64,000 bases of DNA from Eremomyces bilateralis CBS 781.70 (GCA_010015585.1 ML975151.1), one strand, 5' to 3'. Positions 37,434 through 50,501 are shown, counted from the stretch's first letter. The notes: a model not told the origin generated them from the sequence alone. A program made the numbers and translations.

Positions 37434-40400
37434 CTATCTGCCGCTCGGCGTTAATACCTCCCAGCTTTGCAACTCTTCCATCCCCGTCTCATCCGCTTCG
37501 TCCATCAAGTCTTTCGTCGCGGCTCCTCGGGACGGCAACCCCGGCCTGTCTGCATCCTTGGACTGGATATTGGTAGTGACAGATCTTCTAGGGGGTGGTG
37601 GAGCAGGAGCTGTCGATTGGTCTTCCGCGCCATCTCCTTGTACCGTGACTCGGGGATGTGACTCTATGTGCTGGGGTAAAGATGGCGAATGGTGTACCGT
37701 AAAAGATGACTGTCGGAACGCCTCTGGTTTTCGGGGGATTGTTGGCGCCGTCTTGGTTGACGAGACGCTCTGTGGACTAGATGGTGTTGTGGACTGGCTG
37801 TGAATGGGTATCGGCTGCGTTCGCAGCGATTGTGCGGGTGACGACGTTGCTTGCGACCGACGCGGAGCAGGCGGTGTCGGAGTATTAGACTTGCCATTCG
37901 AAATGGAAGTCTGGGACGACGAGGAGTGGTATGGCGGAGGCAGTTTCCGTGGAATCTGCTTTGGAGGCGAATGCATGTCCATATCTAAGTTCGACGGCGA
38001 GATCCGGACCCAGTCGGGCTCTGAAGTAGGCGCGAATGGATTTGATGGACGGTTCGGATTCAAGGAATATTCCTTTCCAGGCGCCTTCACCGTCACGCGG
38101 GCAAGCGCGCCGTTATCCAGCCACCACTTCCGGCGGTCCGAGCTCGCGGGAGGAAGACCCGGCTCGATGCTCTCGTATCCGATCAGGTCCTCGTCGTCGG
38201 TGTCTTCCTCGTTGGTGTTGGCGGTACGGTCGCCGACGGTTGTGCGGCGGTGGTTGTACAGCTCTGCGCTGAGCTTGTCTTTGATGCCCTCATCGACCAA
38301 ACTAACGTCGCATTCGAAGGTGGCGTAGACGGGGCGGTGGTCGGAGGAGAGGAGGGGGACGGAGTTGTAGTGGATTTGGCGGATGTTGGTGCCTTTACGG
38401 AGGACTCGGTCGCACCACGCCGGAATGCGCTGCTTCTCACTGTTATGTGTTAGCTGAGGTTCCGAATATGTCGGCTAATAAGCTTACGAGGTATCATATC
38501 TCTCTGTCCCGATATCGAAGCGATACGTGGGAAGGAAGGTTATCCGCGCTTCGGAGTAGTACTGGAACACCAGTCCAGCAACCATTTGGATGTTCAGCTA
38601 GTCAGGTAAGCGATGTTCTAGAGAGACTCGGATAATCTTACCTGATCATTCACGTAAAGCGTCTCCAGGTCGCCCGCTGAGATTAGCTTTCGCACCTTCT
38701 CGTTCTCCAATCCGATCCTGTAGTTGAAGTCGCCCATCCAAATCACAGTATCATGGTCATCGATTAACCGGTTCCGCTGAAATCGCAACCCCTGGCTGAT
38801 CGTCTTGTAATCCCGATTTCGCTCCTCGTAGTTCGCAAACCCAGCTGCAAGATGGGCAGTGACCAAGCATATGGATGTATTCGCGTACTCCATGCGAATT
38901 GCCACCGCCCCTTTATTTCCCGCCATGCCCGACATCCCAGTCTTCTTCATGCTTGCCTCGACATTCTTGATGTGTTTTAACGAGGCGGACTTGACGAAGA
39001 CCGAGAGTGACGCCCCCACAAGCTGTCCACCTCTCAGAAGCACGTACTCATCCTGTCCTTCTTTTGTGGTCATTCTGTTCAATGCCTTGAGCACCGACAA
39101 CTCCCAGTCCTTCCGTCTTTCCGGGTCCGTCGACATGATCTGCTGCGGGCTAAGCTCCACGATTTCCTGAAAACCCACGGCGAAGATCTCCGGAAAATGT
39201 TTGTCAGGATACAGCCACATTCCCAGATCCTCGTTGATGCCATCGGTTCTTCCGTTTAGATTGAACGTCCCGGCCCAGATGTTGATCAACTCTTTGGAGC
39301 TGTACTCGGATGCTCGTCGATTCATCTCATTGATGACCCAGTCGTTGATCGGGTCGTATAACACAATCGGCTGCTGCCCCATCAAGCGTCCGAGAAGCAT
39401 GTCCATCGTGTTCTGACGGCCTTTGTCCGCAAAGTTGTTCACATACAATCGATGGGCGCTTTTCCGTGCGTCTGCAATGGCGCCTGCAAAGGACATCTTT
39501 CCCAGTCGAGTAAAGGACGATTTTAGAGCCCCTGTTCCGGCGTAAATTTTCGAGAGATGATCGCCATTGTCTGCCCAAAGGCTGTTGTGCCTCATCCAAA
39601 AATCCGATGTCCCACGTTCCTTGTGATGGAAGAAGAACAGTTCCAAAGCCAGTTGGCTGATGATCGTCTGCACCAAGTTGGTACGATCAAGGCAGTCGAG
39701 GCAGTTCGTCCGGAAGACGCCATCTTGTTGAAGGGTCGGTGTATTGGATCGTACATATCTGGTCCGCTTCCCGTCGGTCTCGGATTCCCATTTCGTCAGG
39801 TAGTATGAGAAACTGTTCGCAGAATCTTCGATGTACTGTCGGATCATTTGCGCCGCTTCGTAGCCAGTGGGACCTTTTGTCTCCGCGTGGAAGTCATATA
39901 ACGTCTCTTTGAGGAGCCCATGGCCCTTTTCAGCTTCCGCTGCCCGCTTATTAAGCACACAGTTGTTAATATGCTGATGATATCTACCGGTAAGCTCCAG
40001 CTCCCCGGGTTTGTCGTTGCTCAGCAAGTTAACGACGTGGATGGGACCGTATGCGTACTCCAGTCCTTCAAAATGCTTGTCGAATGCAGGCTGCGTTGCT
40101 TCAATGGAACGACTTAAGGTGATCTTTTGTTGCCCCGGGATGAGGCTATTCGTCTGTTCCCAGAAGACGGGGACACTTCCACGGAGTTGGATGTAGGAAA
40201 AACAACTGCCGTCGGGTAGCCAGAAGATAGTTTCCGTCTCGACGAAGTTGGCGACATATCCATCGTCGTCAATGCCTCGCGCGTTGAATCGAGTACCCGC
40301 ACGTCGGCATGAGAGTCGAGATATCAAAGTCAATTGGGACGGCAATCCCGTGCGAGACGATACCATAGGGGAAGAGGATGCGGGAACAGGGAGAGTGAAG

Positions 40401-41243
40401 GCAAATCCTCGAATGGCAGACGTCATGATCTTTGAGTCGTCCAGCGCCCTCTTCTCACGAAGACCGAGACGTGCTCGGAAGTTGACCAACGGCTGGATCA
40501 TGAACGAATTCCACAGAAAGCCGTCATCAAGACTGTCCACGGACACAGGTACGTCTGCTGGCCTAGACTAACGTCAGTCATCTGCAAACATGCAAGCGCA
40601 TGGTAGCTTACCTGTCTTGGAGTCTCCTCGTGACATCGAAATCGGCGCTGTAATAGAACGTGCCGCTGCTCAGGAGCTTCTTCAATGTCAGGCACGGATG
40701 CTCCAGAATCGACTCTCGACGACCAGGACTCTGACTTCGCTCGAAGCCATCGTCGCCAAGGGTATCCGTTGGATACGGATTGATCTCCTCACTTAAAACA
40801 AAATCATAGTCCGTGCTACTTAGGCAGTCTGTTTTGATATCAGCTCAGGGCCATTGGCATTCAATATTATTCATTCATGGAGACGAACGGAACTCCACTG
40901 CGAGGATCTTCTGGACCGTCTCCGCCGGTCTGACGGTGGCGGCTTTCTGCGCCGCGCTGACCACGCACAGAAACACTTCATTCGCGATGGATATCAACCC
41001 AAGCGTCCCATGGACGGTCTGCGACGACAACGACCGATACTCCGAGAGGTCGACATCGTCGATTGACGAGAACTCGACGATGCACCGAAATGCGTTCGCG
41101 CCGCCGTTCACCAAGCTGGTCGACGACCCCGACGAGTTATTCTCCACCGACGACTCACTATGCCGTAGGATCAGAACGCTGGTGGCGGTCGCGAGCGCGA
41201 TCGCACGATGGGAGGAGTCTTTGATGAGGACCCGGATGGACAT
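37434..41243 (-). CDS. INP53: Synaptojanin-like polyphosphoinositide phosphatase (Sac1 + 5-phosphatase; Inp52/Inp53 type)
   Basis: Multi-exon, first intron 40888-40829. Sac1 motifs RAGTRFNARGIDDDG.VANFVETE and RTNCLDCLDRTN; 5-phosphatase motifs GNKGAV, WMGDFNYRI, PTYRFD and PAWCDRVL; Pro-rich tail. Confidence 0.93.
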
Positions 41244-41798
41244 TTCCCGTTCCCTGCTCGTGGAGGGGAGGTTGCGGTTCGAGGTTGGGCGGCTTCAATC
41301 ATCATCCGGTGTTTGAAAAATTTCGGGGATCATTTCACGCGAGATTTCAGGCATGTAGGTGGGAATTCTGAGGATGAATATGCGGGCGTCGCTGGTGTAT
41401 TGAGCTGATCTGCAGGTTTTCGGTGAAGGGTCCGGGTTGCGTCAGCCTTGAGCTACAAATGCAAGATAGAGCTGAGACAAAGGAATGCTATACAAATTCT
41501 ATGCAATCGACCAATATACCGGTATATTAGGCTGGATAATATATTTATGTGCTATTTCGCTTGCAAGGGGAAGAATACACGCGAGTATAGACCGCATCTG
41601 ACTCCAGGAGAGCGGCAACGCCAACCAGAGCTGCTTTATCATTTGTAGACCGACGTTAGAGACAAACACCACTTGAGCAATATGCGCAAGCACAGATCTA
41701 CCAAATGATTTAAAGGCTGTCAGAACGGTCGAAATCCAATCCATTCTCTTAATCCAATCATATCTCATAAGCTCGTAAACCCGCTCACATCTACCAGC

Positions 41799-42416
41799 CT
41801 AATCATAGTACCTGCGATTCCCATGCTTATCAATATGGATCTCCGTCTCCCTCGTCCTCCGATACTCATCCCTCGGATCATGATACTCCTCCCTCACCCG
41901 ACTCCGACTCCGTGACCGTCCCCTACTAAAATCCGCCCCCCTCTCCTCCCTTGGCGCATCGATATACCGAAACGACTCGTAGTCCCCTCCACGGTGGCTC
42001 CTCGCCGGCGACACGTCCCGCTCATACCTCACCTCCCGCCTCTCATACCGATAATCATCCCGCTCCCGCCGAGGACTCGGCGACCGCATACTACTGACGC
42101 TGCTCCGCGGACTCGCATGCACATAGTGCACGTCGTGCGAATGCACGGGCGGCGGGGTCGGCGACTTGACGAAAACGGGGACCGGCTGCGGGGCGGGAAC
42201 CTTCAGCGGGGCGGCGGTGGGCACGGCGACGGTGGTGGGGATGGGGGTGTGGTAGTGGCCGGAGTGGCGGTGGTCGAGGTGGTGGTCGGAGTGGTGAGAG
42301 TGGACGGAGACGCGGGAGATGCGGCGGGGGGAGGCAGTGCGGTAGGTGGAGCGGCGGACGCGAGTGACACGGACAGGGGAGAGGTCGCGGTCTTCTTTGA
42401 CGTGGACGAGACACAT
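41799..42416 (-). CDS. Hypothetical Arg/Ser/Pro/His-rich protein
   Basis: 205-aa ATG-initiated ORF, plausibly coding (MCLVHVKEDRD...). No domain recognised. Confidence 0.6.
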   Translation of the reverse strand: MCLVHVKEDRDLSPVRVTRVRRSTYRTASPRRISRVSVHSHHSDHHLDHRHSGHYHTPIPTTVAVPTAAPLKVPAPQPVPVFVKSPTPPPVHSHDVHYVHASPRSSVSSMRSPSPRRERDDYRYERREVRYERDVSPARSHRGGDYESFRYIDAPREERGADFSRGRSRSRSRVREEYHDPRDEYRRTRETEIHIDKHGNRRYYD

Positions 42417-43740
42417 TGGTGCGAGAGGATGGGTGGAAGGGGTTGAGGATCGGAGGGGGTTCGGAGGGGAAGCGCTTGGGCGGAAATCGGTAAGGCTGAG
42501 TGCGGATAAGGAGGCTGACTGAGGGCTGGCGACTCTCGTGGAGTAGCGAATGCAGGGATTTCAGGGGTTGAGTTAAAGAATGGATTTAGAGTAAGTTGCA
42601 ACAATATCAACGCGGTACTTTCGCTAAATCAAGAGCCGCGGCCCTCCAACTCCAAAATGTGGGAACTGAGTTGTGATGAAGTTAAGTTCAGTTTGGGGGC
42701 CGAAGCTCGAGGTTCAATGAGGAGAGGAATACGGCGTACTATAGATACCAGCGAAGGTAAGTACTTCGTTGCTAACTACCTTATGTTAGTTGGGACCTCA
42801 AGTTAAACGGAGCTTGCTCTGCTGTCAATTAAATATAGAAATGAGTTCATGTTGAGTCCAGTCCAGCCCATCAAGATTTCCATCCCTCTCCCGTCTCTTG
42901 ATGCATCCTGGCACTGATCGCGATATGGTACTCTATTCACTAAACCATGGACTACCTTCTCGCTGATACCATTGACAGTGACCGATGCGTGCTTGACGAA
43001 TTCAAATAGGTTGATAATAGAGTCTTACTGTACCTCACGTAGTGTATCCCTTCCGACCATAAGCTCAAGAACATACTCATGCTTAGGCTACTGGGCCAGA
43101 AGGCAAACCGCAGTCTGTCCACTGACATCAGTCCCGCTTCTCGACAAGCCTTGGGTTAGGCTCTGAAATATTACCACAGGTTCAAGTCGAAGTCTACTCT
43201 TCGGTTCTGCACGATCCTCCCGCTCTCTGATCAAAAGTGGGGCCAAGCTGGTCGACCGCCGATGTGTGTGGACGGTGAAATTTTACCAGCAGCTGATAGA
43301 GCTTTGGCGAGGTTGCATGACGCCAGTTTAAGCAGCTAGGGATGCGTGTAACATCCATGGCGTAATGGTGTAATTGACGACCAATCGACAAACCAGATTC
43401 TTAGGGACAATAGATGGTACTCTAGTCTCGACCGCCTATAGCGATCGGGAGGAATCCACGGCGAATTCAGATTAGATGGGAGAGCGGAGCGCACGCACTT
43501 GCAGGCAGAAGTCCATTACGATTCCAATCTGTCCGTGTCGTCGTCTTGGTGAACCAAACCATATCGAGAAAGTGTAGATGCAACCGAATCATCTTCCCGC
43601 TCCCGAGAATAAGGACGTGCTCAAGAAATGCCCCATCCACCAAAGAGATCCAACATCCCAACACACCCCAACGACTTCAAAATAACGCCATGAAGTAAGA
43701 AACCCAACATTACCACTCCCTACCCCTTTCCTCCCCCACT

Positions 43741-44254
43741 TCACGGCTTCTTCTCTCCCTGCCCCATCAACTTCCCCAAAAACTCCTTCCCCTTCTCCAC
43801 AATCCCCTCCTCCTTCACCGGCTTCTTCTCTGCCCTCTCCACCTTCTCCCCTCCCACATTCGCCGCGCCGCCGCGCCCCGTATGATACACCTCCGGGTCG
43901 CCGCGCGGCACGGGCCCGACGTCCTGCGCGGCGCGTGCGATCTCGGGGTGTGCGGGGTCGTTCTTCGCGATGTTGCCAGAGCCGCCGCGCCCGGTGGTGT
44001 AATGGTCGGTTTTGATGGAGGGAGTGACGAAGTTGGAGGGGTCGGCGGGGGGGTGGGTGTCGGTGGCGATGTTGCCTGGGGGGGATTAGTTGGGGTGGTG
44101 GAGTGAAGGGGGTATGAAGGTGGGGAGACGATGAGATGCTCGATGAGGGGGATTGAAGGAGTCGAGGGAATGGAAACGGGTTGTGTGGAAGTGAATGGGG
44201 CTACTTACCGGCACCACCTCGTCCATGCGAGTGCTTTGGAACGTCCTCTGCCAT
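43741..44254 (-). CDS. Par32/DUF3602-like protein with GRGGxGN repeats
   Basis: Exons 44254-44209 and 44075-43741. Translation MAEDVPKHSHGRGGAG|NIA...YTTGRGGSGNI...YHTGRGGAAN...GKEFLGKLMGQGEKKP. Not present in the ORF track. Confidence 0.85.
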
Positions 44255-46798
44255 CCTGATCTCAGATATCTCGAATATCAACTTTCTTCAGATGTTCGTG
44301 GAGCGGTAGCCTTCGGAAAGGCCCCAGAAAGTTCCGGTATAGAAGCTGTGTGGGAGAAAGTGCCAACGCGGACCGATGGTTCGGATGTAGATATCACAAG
44401 GCAGACGTCGAAATATGCTCTTCGGCGGTGATCAATTTCTTCCGTGGGTCGAGGAACCAGACTTGCGGACCCAGACTTGGACGGTTTAATTATATTTCCT
44501 AGGCACCCAGCAATGTTGCAACCAAAAACGTCAAACGTGCGAAAACTGACAACATCCCCATTCCCTCGTCCAGCAACCGCCCCTCCTCTTAAATACATCC
44601 TCCTCCACCACCATAACGCCTTCGTGCCCCTCCACGTCCTTGGCCTTATCACCTCATCCCCAGTATTTTCCCTTCCCAACATCCGCCCGCTACAAATCTG
44701 CCAAATCGGCAAATTCTCGCCCAGCATGATTGCACGCCAAGCGTCCTCGCCAGCCGTCGGCCCCTCTCCCATTTTTCGCGTCCATGCGCATTCGTAGGGG
44801 ACGATGATTCGTCGATGCGACGCCAAGGTCCGGATGGGGAAACTATTACGAAATTGTTTTGGCGGAGGAGGCCAATGGGAGGGGGGGGAGGGGAGGTGGG
44901 TGCATGGCTAGCGCCGGGAATGGAGGTGGTGGTTGGGTAATGCTTGGGTTGCAGGTGACACACGGTTGGAGAATTGTGGGAGAATCATGATCGGCCAAGG
45001 AGTCTGGACCAAGACGATCTGAATACGACAGATATTTGGAAGGTAGCCCAGGTAGGTGACGCTAGAGCATGAGGCTCGTGGCAGAGTGGAGAAACGGTTC
45101 GACGGGGGAGTGGGGAGTTATCCTTGGTTTCGCATGGTGGTTTCGCATGGAGAAATCTGTTACAATTGCGATGTTGTGAAGAGAATGATAATCGTGATTG
45201 ATATCGATCTTGCTGGTGGTGCAGCAGCAGCTAGAATAAGCTCAGTATCGAGGCTATAGACGACTTAGAGATAGGTAATTGATGGCTCGTGCCTTGCTAC
45301 ATAGGAATGAAGCTTCTCTTTGACCCGTCTCAATTCGGAAAGATGCTTCGCCCATTCAAAATATCGAGCACGCGCCTCCAAGTAAAGTGAGCGCAAGAAT
45401 TAAGGAGAGGATGCTGTCAAGATAGTATAAAGTCATATAGAAAACGTTAGAGAGAGAGATTCATACGCCCGTCAGGCATCTCTGCGAGGCACATGTGGGG
45501 AGAAGACGTTAGAATGGACAGATCACAGATGAAATAGGTAACTACTGAGTCAGACATCTAATCATCTGATGGAGGCCCTAGTTATCTTAATGGAGCTAGT
45601 AGACCAGCACTTGTTTCCTTTGCTGACTAGCCGTATCGTGCAATCAGCAGTAATTCATACCGTGCATTGGTACAGCTAATTCTATGGTGTCGTAAGATTG
45701 ATGATAGCGAGATTGAGTTGAGATAAGGCGCCGACGGGAATGGAGCCATGTTGTACTGGGAGAATTGAGGGTCGAGGTCCCGCAATGCGGGGCACTGGGC
45801 AGCCCATGGAATTGGAATCTGATTTCAGTCGAAAAGGGGGCATTGCGGGGCAGTGGATTCATGACAATAGAATCAACTTCACGGTTCAATGACACATTGT
45901 CTTTTCCCTCCTCAGTTTCAATTCATCCACTCGACAAAGATAATATAGTACATGAGAAACCCAAAACCCAAGTCCCAACAACATAAGAAAAACCAAATCT
46001 CATCCTCTATGATACAGGACTCCTAAACTCCAAGATTGCTGCGTGAGATCCTTGCGGACCGATATATTCTATTCATGGCCATGGCCGGTCATTCATTCCC
46101 TCTCGCGAAGAATCGTGGTCTTTACATAAGTCATCAAGGAAAATCGCAAAACATATCCTCCCGCTGCTGTGATGATGGGGAAAAAACAAAGTTAGAAAGG
46201 CAGACGAGGAGGCTTGTCATATCTCGTCCGTGTGAGAAGCGAAGGTAGCAGAGAGAGCCTCACTGCAACAACCGCGCATGCGGAGGGTTGATTGTCGCCG
46301 CCGCATGCGCAGTCGGAGGAGTCGTCGATATCCGTGCTGGTGGGGTGGAGGGATCGATGTCGAATGGATGCATGGGAAGGGAAAAAAGATCCAGCCACGA
46401 ATCGTAGGCGCGCAGACGCCGTGGAACGGTGGAACAGACGCAGACACCGGACTATGGGAACCGTTCAGGAAACCGAAGGTCGTGAGACGAATCCGAGACC
46501 CAGGAAGGCAAGCTGTTTTTTTATGCTTTTGTTCGATAGGATGTCGTGGTTCCAAGGAAGAAATTCGGTCGCGATCGATGAGGATGGTTGGAGTGATTAT
46601 CTGCATTCCGAGATGTCCTTCTCTTTCGTCCGCTCGTCGTAGGCTTTGCGCCGGGCAATTTCGGTTGGATGGAATTGCATCATGAGTCTTTGTTGAATCG
46701 TGAATGTTCATGATGGAGCCTGGAGGACCCGGCGACGATCAGGCATCAGGATGACCGGGGTGCCGGGGTGGGCTCTGATTTGACGACTCAGGTGCAGC

Positions 46799-47038
46799 TT
46801 AGTTGCCTGAACAGGAACATCATTGTCAGTCGCTGAACTTTGGTTCATACTTCGGGATGAGATGTTAATTACCTGCACCATCGCGCGGTTGTCCTTTGCG
46901 GGTATATGATCGTGATGAAGAGCCGTTGGGCTCGAAGAAAATGGCTCCAGGGCCATTTCCGGCGCCGTCCCTTGGTCGGTCTTCCTTCATGTTGAGCGTG
47001 GGTTTGGAGAGGCGAAGGGCGAGGGTGAATTCAGTCAT
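46799..47038 (-). CDS. 57-aa micro-protein with two PRDGAGN motifs
   Basis: MTEFTLALRLSKPTLNMKEDRPRDGAGNGPGAIFFEPNGSSSRSYTRKGQPRDGAGN*. Canonical intron 46872-46807 (GTAATT...ACTGAC...TTCAG), upstream TATATA, and ATC-ATG start context. Confidence 0.7.
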
Positions 47039-47172
47039 GATGAGTGTTTCTGGGTCTGGAATGATTCGATTGAGTTCAGATGTGTCGATGAGTATATTGA
47101 AGCTTTGAATATTCAGTTTGGTGTTGAGTGTAATGAAGGAACGCTCGATAGAAAGGCAGCAAGAAGTAGAGG

Positions 47173-47178
47173 TATATA
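47173..47178 (-). promoter_or_regulatory. Putative TATA box of the PRDGAGN micro-gene
   Basis: TATATA about 135 bp upstream of the ATG at 47038. Confidence 0.4.
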
Positions 47179-49800
47179 TGTATGCTCGGCCAGCGGGTCA
47201 ACAGCGACGACTACGTCGAAACAGGCAATTTCCCTTGTATTAGCGGCCTCAAACCTGGGAAAGGCATACAAAGGCAATAGAACCATCAATTACCATCCTC
47301 TCACCGTGAGTGGCCCAGCTAGGTGCTGCCTAACATCGGTTACTCTAAAGGGCGATTTGGGAGTCATGAGCAGGCCGCACAGCCCGCAACGACCTGACCC
47401 GAGGATCCCCAATTATCGCCTTACATTGGTAAGTTATGACTGAACGGGTAACAAAAGTCGATACATAGCCCAAACGCTCTCCAATTCACACCGATGTGGG
47501 TGTCAATGTTGAAAACAGGGCGAGTGGAGCGGTGGTGGTGATGGGCGGAAAGGCAACTTTGGGGAGGTGCTGCGCCATCCTACCTATTGAGCAGGCATGG
47601 GACGTTAGGACGCGATGGGCGCGACGGATCTCAGGTCCTCGGTCACCATCAGAGGTTCCGGCGGTCTGCGCCTGCGCAAGACAGCCTGCTGCGATTGGAA
47701 ATCGTGGTCGAGACCAATCATTTGCGCGTGTAAATTGTCGACTCACAAGAAGGACGATGTGGGACGGATGCCTGTCCACTAGTCCGATGGTTCTATGGTT
47801 TCTAGAAGGCTTTGGCGAGCCAGAGGGCGTGGCACGGCCTCAATGATCACGCCCGTGCTCAAGATGCGGAATTTTGCCAATGTGCATTATGGTCCTCATG
47901 ACCGTCCGGTCGCGATGTTGAGGGGAGTTTCAGGGGGTGGTGGTGGTGGAGCAGCGCGGTGGAAGTTTCGACGTGGTGAGAAAACGCGATGCGACGCCAA
48001 CTCGCGCCCACGTCGCGAACTCGTGATCCAGTCCTCAATTCTGGCCAAAATCTCAAACGCTGCGCCTCAGTTTCGAGGAAATCATTGGCCGCCTGCAGCA
48101 TTAGCCACAGATGGAGAATGGATGGGACCCCCCACACAGCCCCTACCGGAGTCAATGAACAATGAGGCTTGACCCCCCTCCCCCATCACGAGGAGGCGCC
48201 CAGACGGTGAAGGGATTATGAGACTGACATTTAACCGTCCCGTCGCCCAACTTTCTCCACCCCACCGGGCCCAACTATTTCGTCACGTCGTCTCGGTCAG
48301 ATTGAAGCCCTGTTTTCGGTTCCTCGTTCACCGCTCTGGGGCAGGCGGATGGGAGACACGCTTCGCGGTATGCGTGGGGGATTGTCGGTCCTGCGACATG
48401 ATATGCAGTCCCCGTACAGTCCAGACCGAGCGGTCCACCGGCGTGAGACTTCCCTGTTGCTCCAGGGTGACGTTCATACCTCGATTCTGGTCCGTCAAGT
48501 ATCAATAACCCGCAGGCCGCATCGTGCAGGAGGACTCAGAGGCAGCCGGTTGAGTGCCGACTTACCTACTGATTGGGCACAAGGCATCTTCCTCCGTCCT
48601 TTTCCCAATTGTTGTAGCCTGGAAAACGCCTGATGACTGGCACCGCAAGTGAAGGACCTTGTTCCATCGGGCATCCAATTGTACAGCCTCATGCCCGTCG
48701 CATCTTGGCTTGAGTCACCAGTCTGTTCCGCCCTGATTATTCATGTCAGATGTCGGAGGATGGGACAGCGGCCCAGTGACGACAGACCCGCAGAGCCTCA
48801 TGACAGTCGGAGGACCGTCGTTCCGTTTTCTGGTCGTCTGTTGATGTTCCGGCGTTGGCTCGATCCTCGTCCTGCGAGGGTGCGGGTCCCTGGCATTAGC
48901 GGGGTGTCATTAAGGGACAGCTCCCAAGCATGTCTGACTTGCTGGCGCTCCAGAGCACGAGGGCTCAGGCTACATATTTCACGGACTGGCTTCGATCTTC
49001 GGATTGGTTATGACTTATGAGAAAAATTAATGACGTGTGAGGGAGTACGTGACGTTGAATATTAGGTTTCTGTATACAATAGGCCGTTTGTTCATCTATT
49101 AGCGGCTGTCCGCAACGGACTTGTGTTTGACACTCATCCAGGCTCCTGGTGACGACTGACGAGGAGCTTGGGGGGACTTCGAAGCTCGCCGAACCGCGTC
49201 AGCTGTAGAAAGAAACGTCATGTGCAGTCCCTTAAAATCTATCCGTAATGACAACTAGGAACATATACTGAGTAAATACAATCATAGGGTTCAACCTTTC
49301 ATGATATCCATGAATCCATCGCAAGGACCATCCGCCCTCACCGAATTGAGCTCTTCATCAAACTCCTCGCAGTGGCTGTCGAACGCGACGAATCACAAGC
49401 CCAAAGCTATATGGCTCGGGGAGGACGGGTTAATGCTACCCGGCGTCAATCAATTGGAGACGGAAAAGGGAAACAAAGAAATACGCACGTCCAAGTCCGA
49501 ATCGAAATTCGCAGATCAGGATTTCCCCAGGATTTCGAGTTGATCCCTTCTCGGCTCTCGTATTTAATTTGGGAGGGTCTCCTTTTCTTGCAGCTCGCAG
49601 CTCGCAGGCGTTTATTACCCACAGATTCCCCAGAGTGAACTTGTTCGTCACTCCACCGTTTGTCCATCACCTGCAGTGATCAACAACAACCCTCACGGAT
49701 CCACCTCCTATCTACTTCCTACACCAACCAACTTCTCACCACTCTCTCCTCCTCCAACTCTCCAATTCCATCCAAAACTATCATCCACCCCAATCTCACC

Positions 49801-50501
49801 ATGCACTTCACCACCGCCGCCCTCCTCTCCTCCCTCGTCGCCGTTGCCGTTGCGCAAGCAGACGTCGGACAGCTTCCCGAGTGCTCAGTATGACAATCCC
49901 ACCCCCCGTTCCACAGAACCTCCCTCGCTAACCGTCCGCTCCCTGCAGCGCTCTTGCGTCGGCGCCAGCTTCGGAGGCTGCGGCCCCATCGACATCAAAT
50001 GCATCTGCAGCAACGAGGCGCTGATCAGCGACCTCTCGTGCTGCGTCGCGAACCGCTGTAGCCCGGAGGATCAGCAAGGTACGGCTCCTTCCGCTCCAAA
50101 ACCCTACCCCTTGCATGGTTCCCAGCTCCCTCCCCATAGGACGATAAATCTATCCATCCATCCAACTCCTCCGCTAACACCTCCATCCAGCCACCATCGA
50201 CTTCGCTGTCAACCTCTGCCGCACCTACCAAATCTCCGTCCCCACCTCCGCCTCCTGCCCCGCCGGCTCCGAGCCCACCTCCGGCCCCGAATCGTCCGCC
50301 AACCCCGAGTCATCAGGCGACGCCGCGCCGACCAGCGCCGGCGCCTCGGGGAACGGGACCTCTGGCGGGAACACGACCGACGCCGGGAGCGCTCCCGCGG
50401 GCGCGACGCCGCCGGCCGCGACGAGCAGTGGGTTGGCGGGGAGAATTGAGGCGGGGATGGGGGTTGGTGCGTTGGTTGCGGGGGCGTTGTTGGCTTTGTA
50501 G
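49801..50501 (+). CDS. GPI-anchored CFEM-domain cell-surface protein
   Basis: Exons 49801-49887, 49949-50078 and 50191-50501. Signal peptide, CFEM Cys pattern LPECSRSC...GCGPIDIKCICSN...LSCCVANRCS...NLC, Ser/Thr/Gly stalk and hydrophobic C-terminus. Confidence 0.92.

Noticed and set aside
44300..49700. Many 60-180 aa ORFs in the long intergenic region
   Set aside because: No coding-like composition, domains or splice support; only the PRDGAGN micro-ORF has independent evidence.
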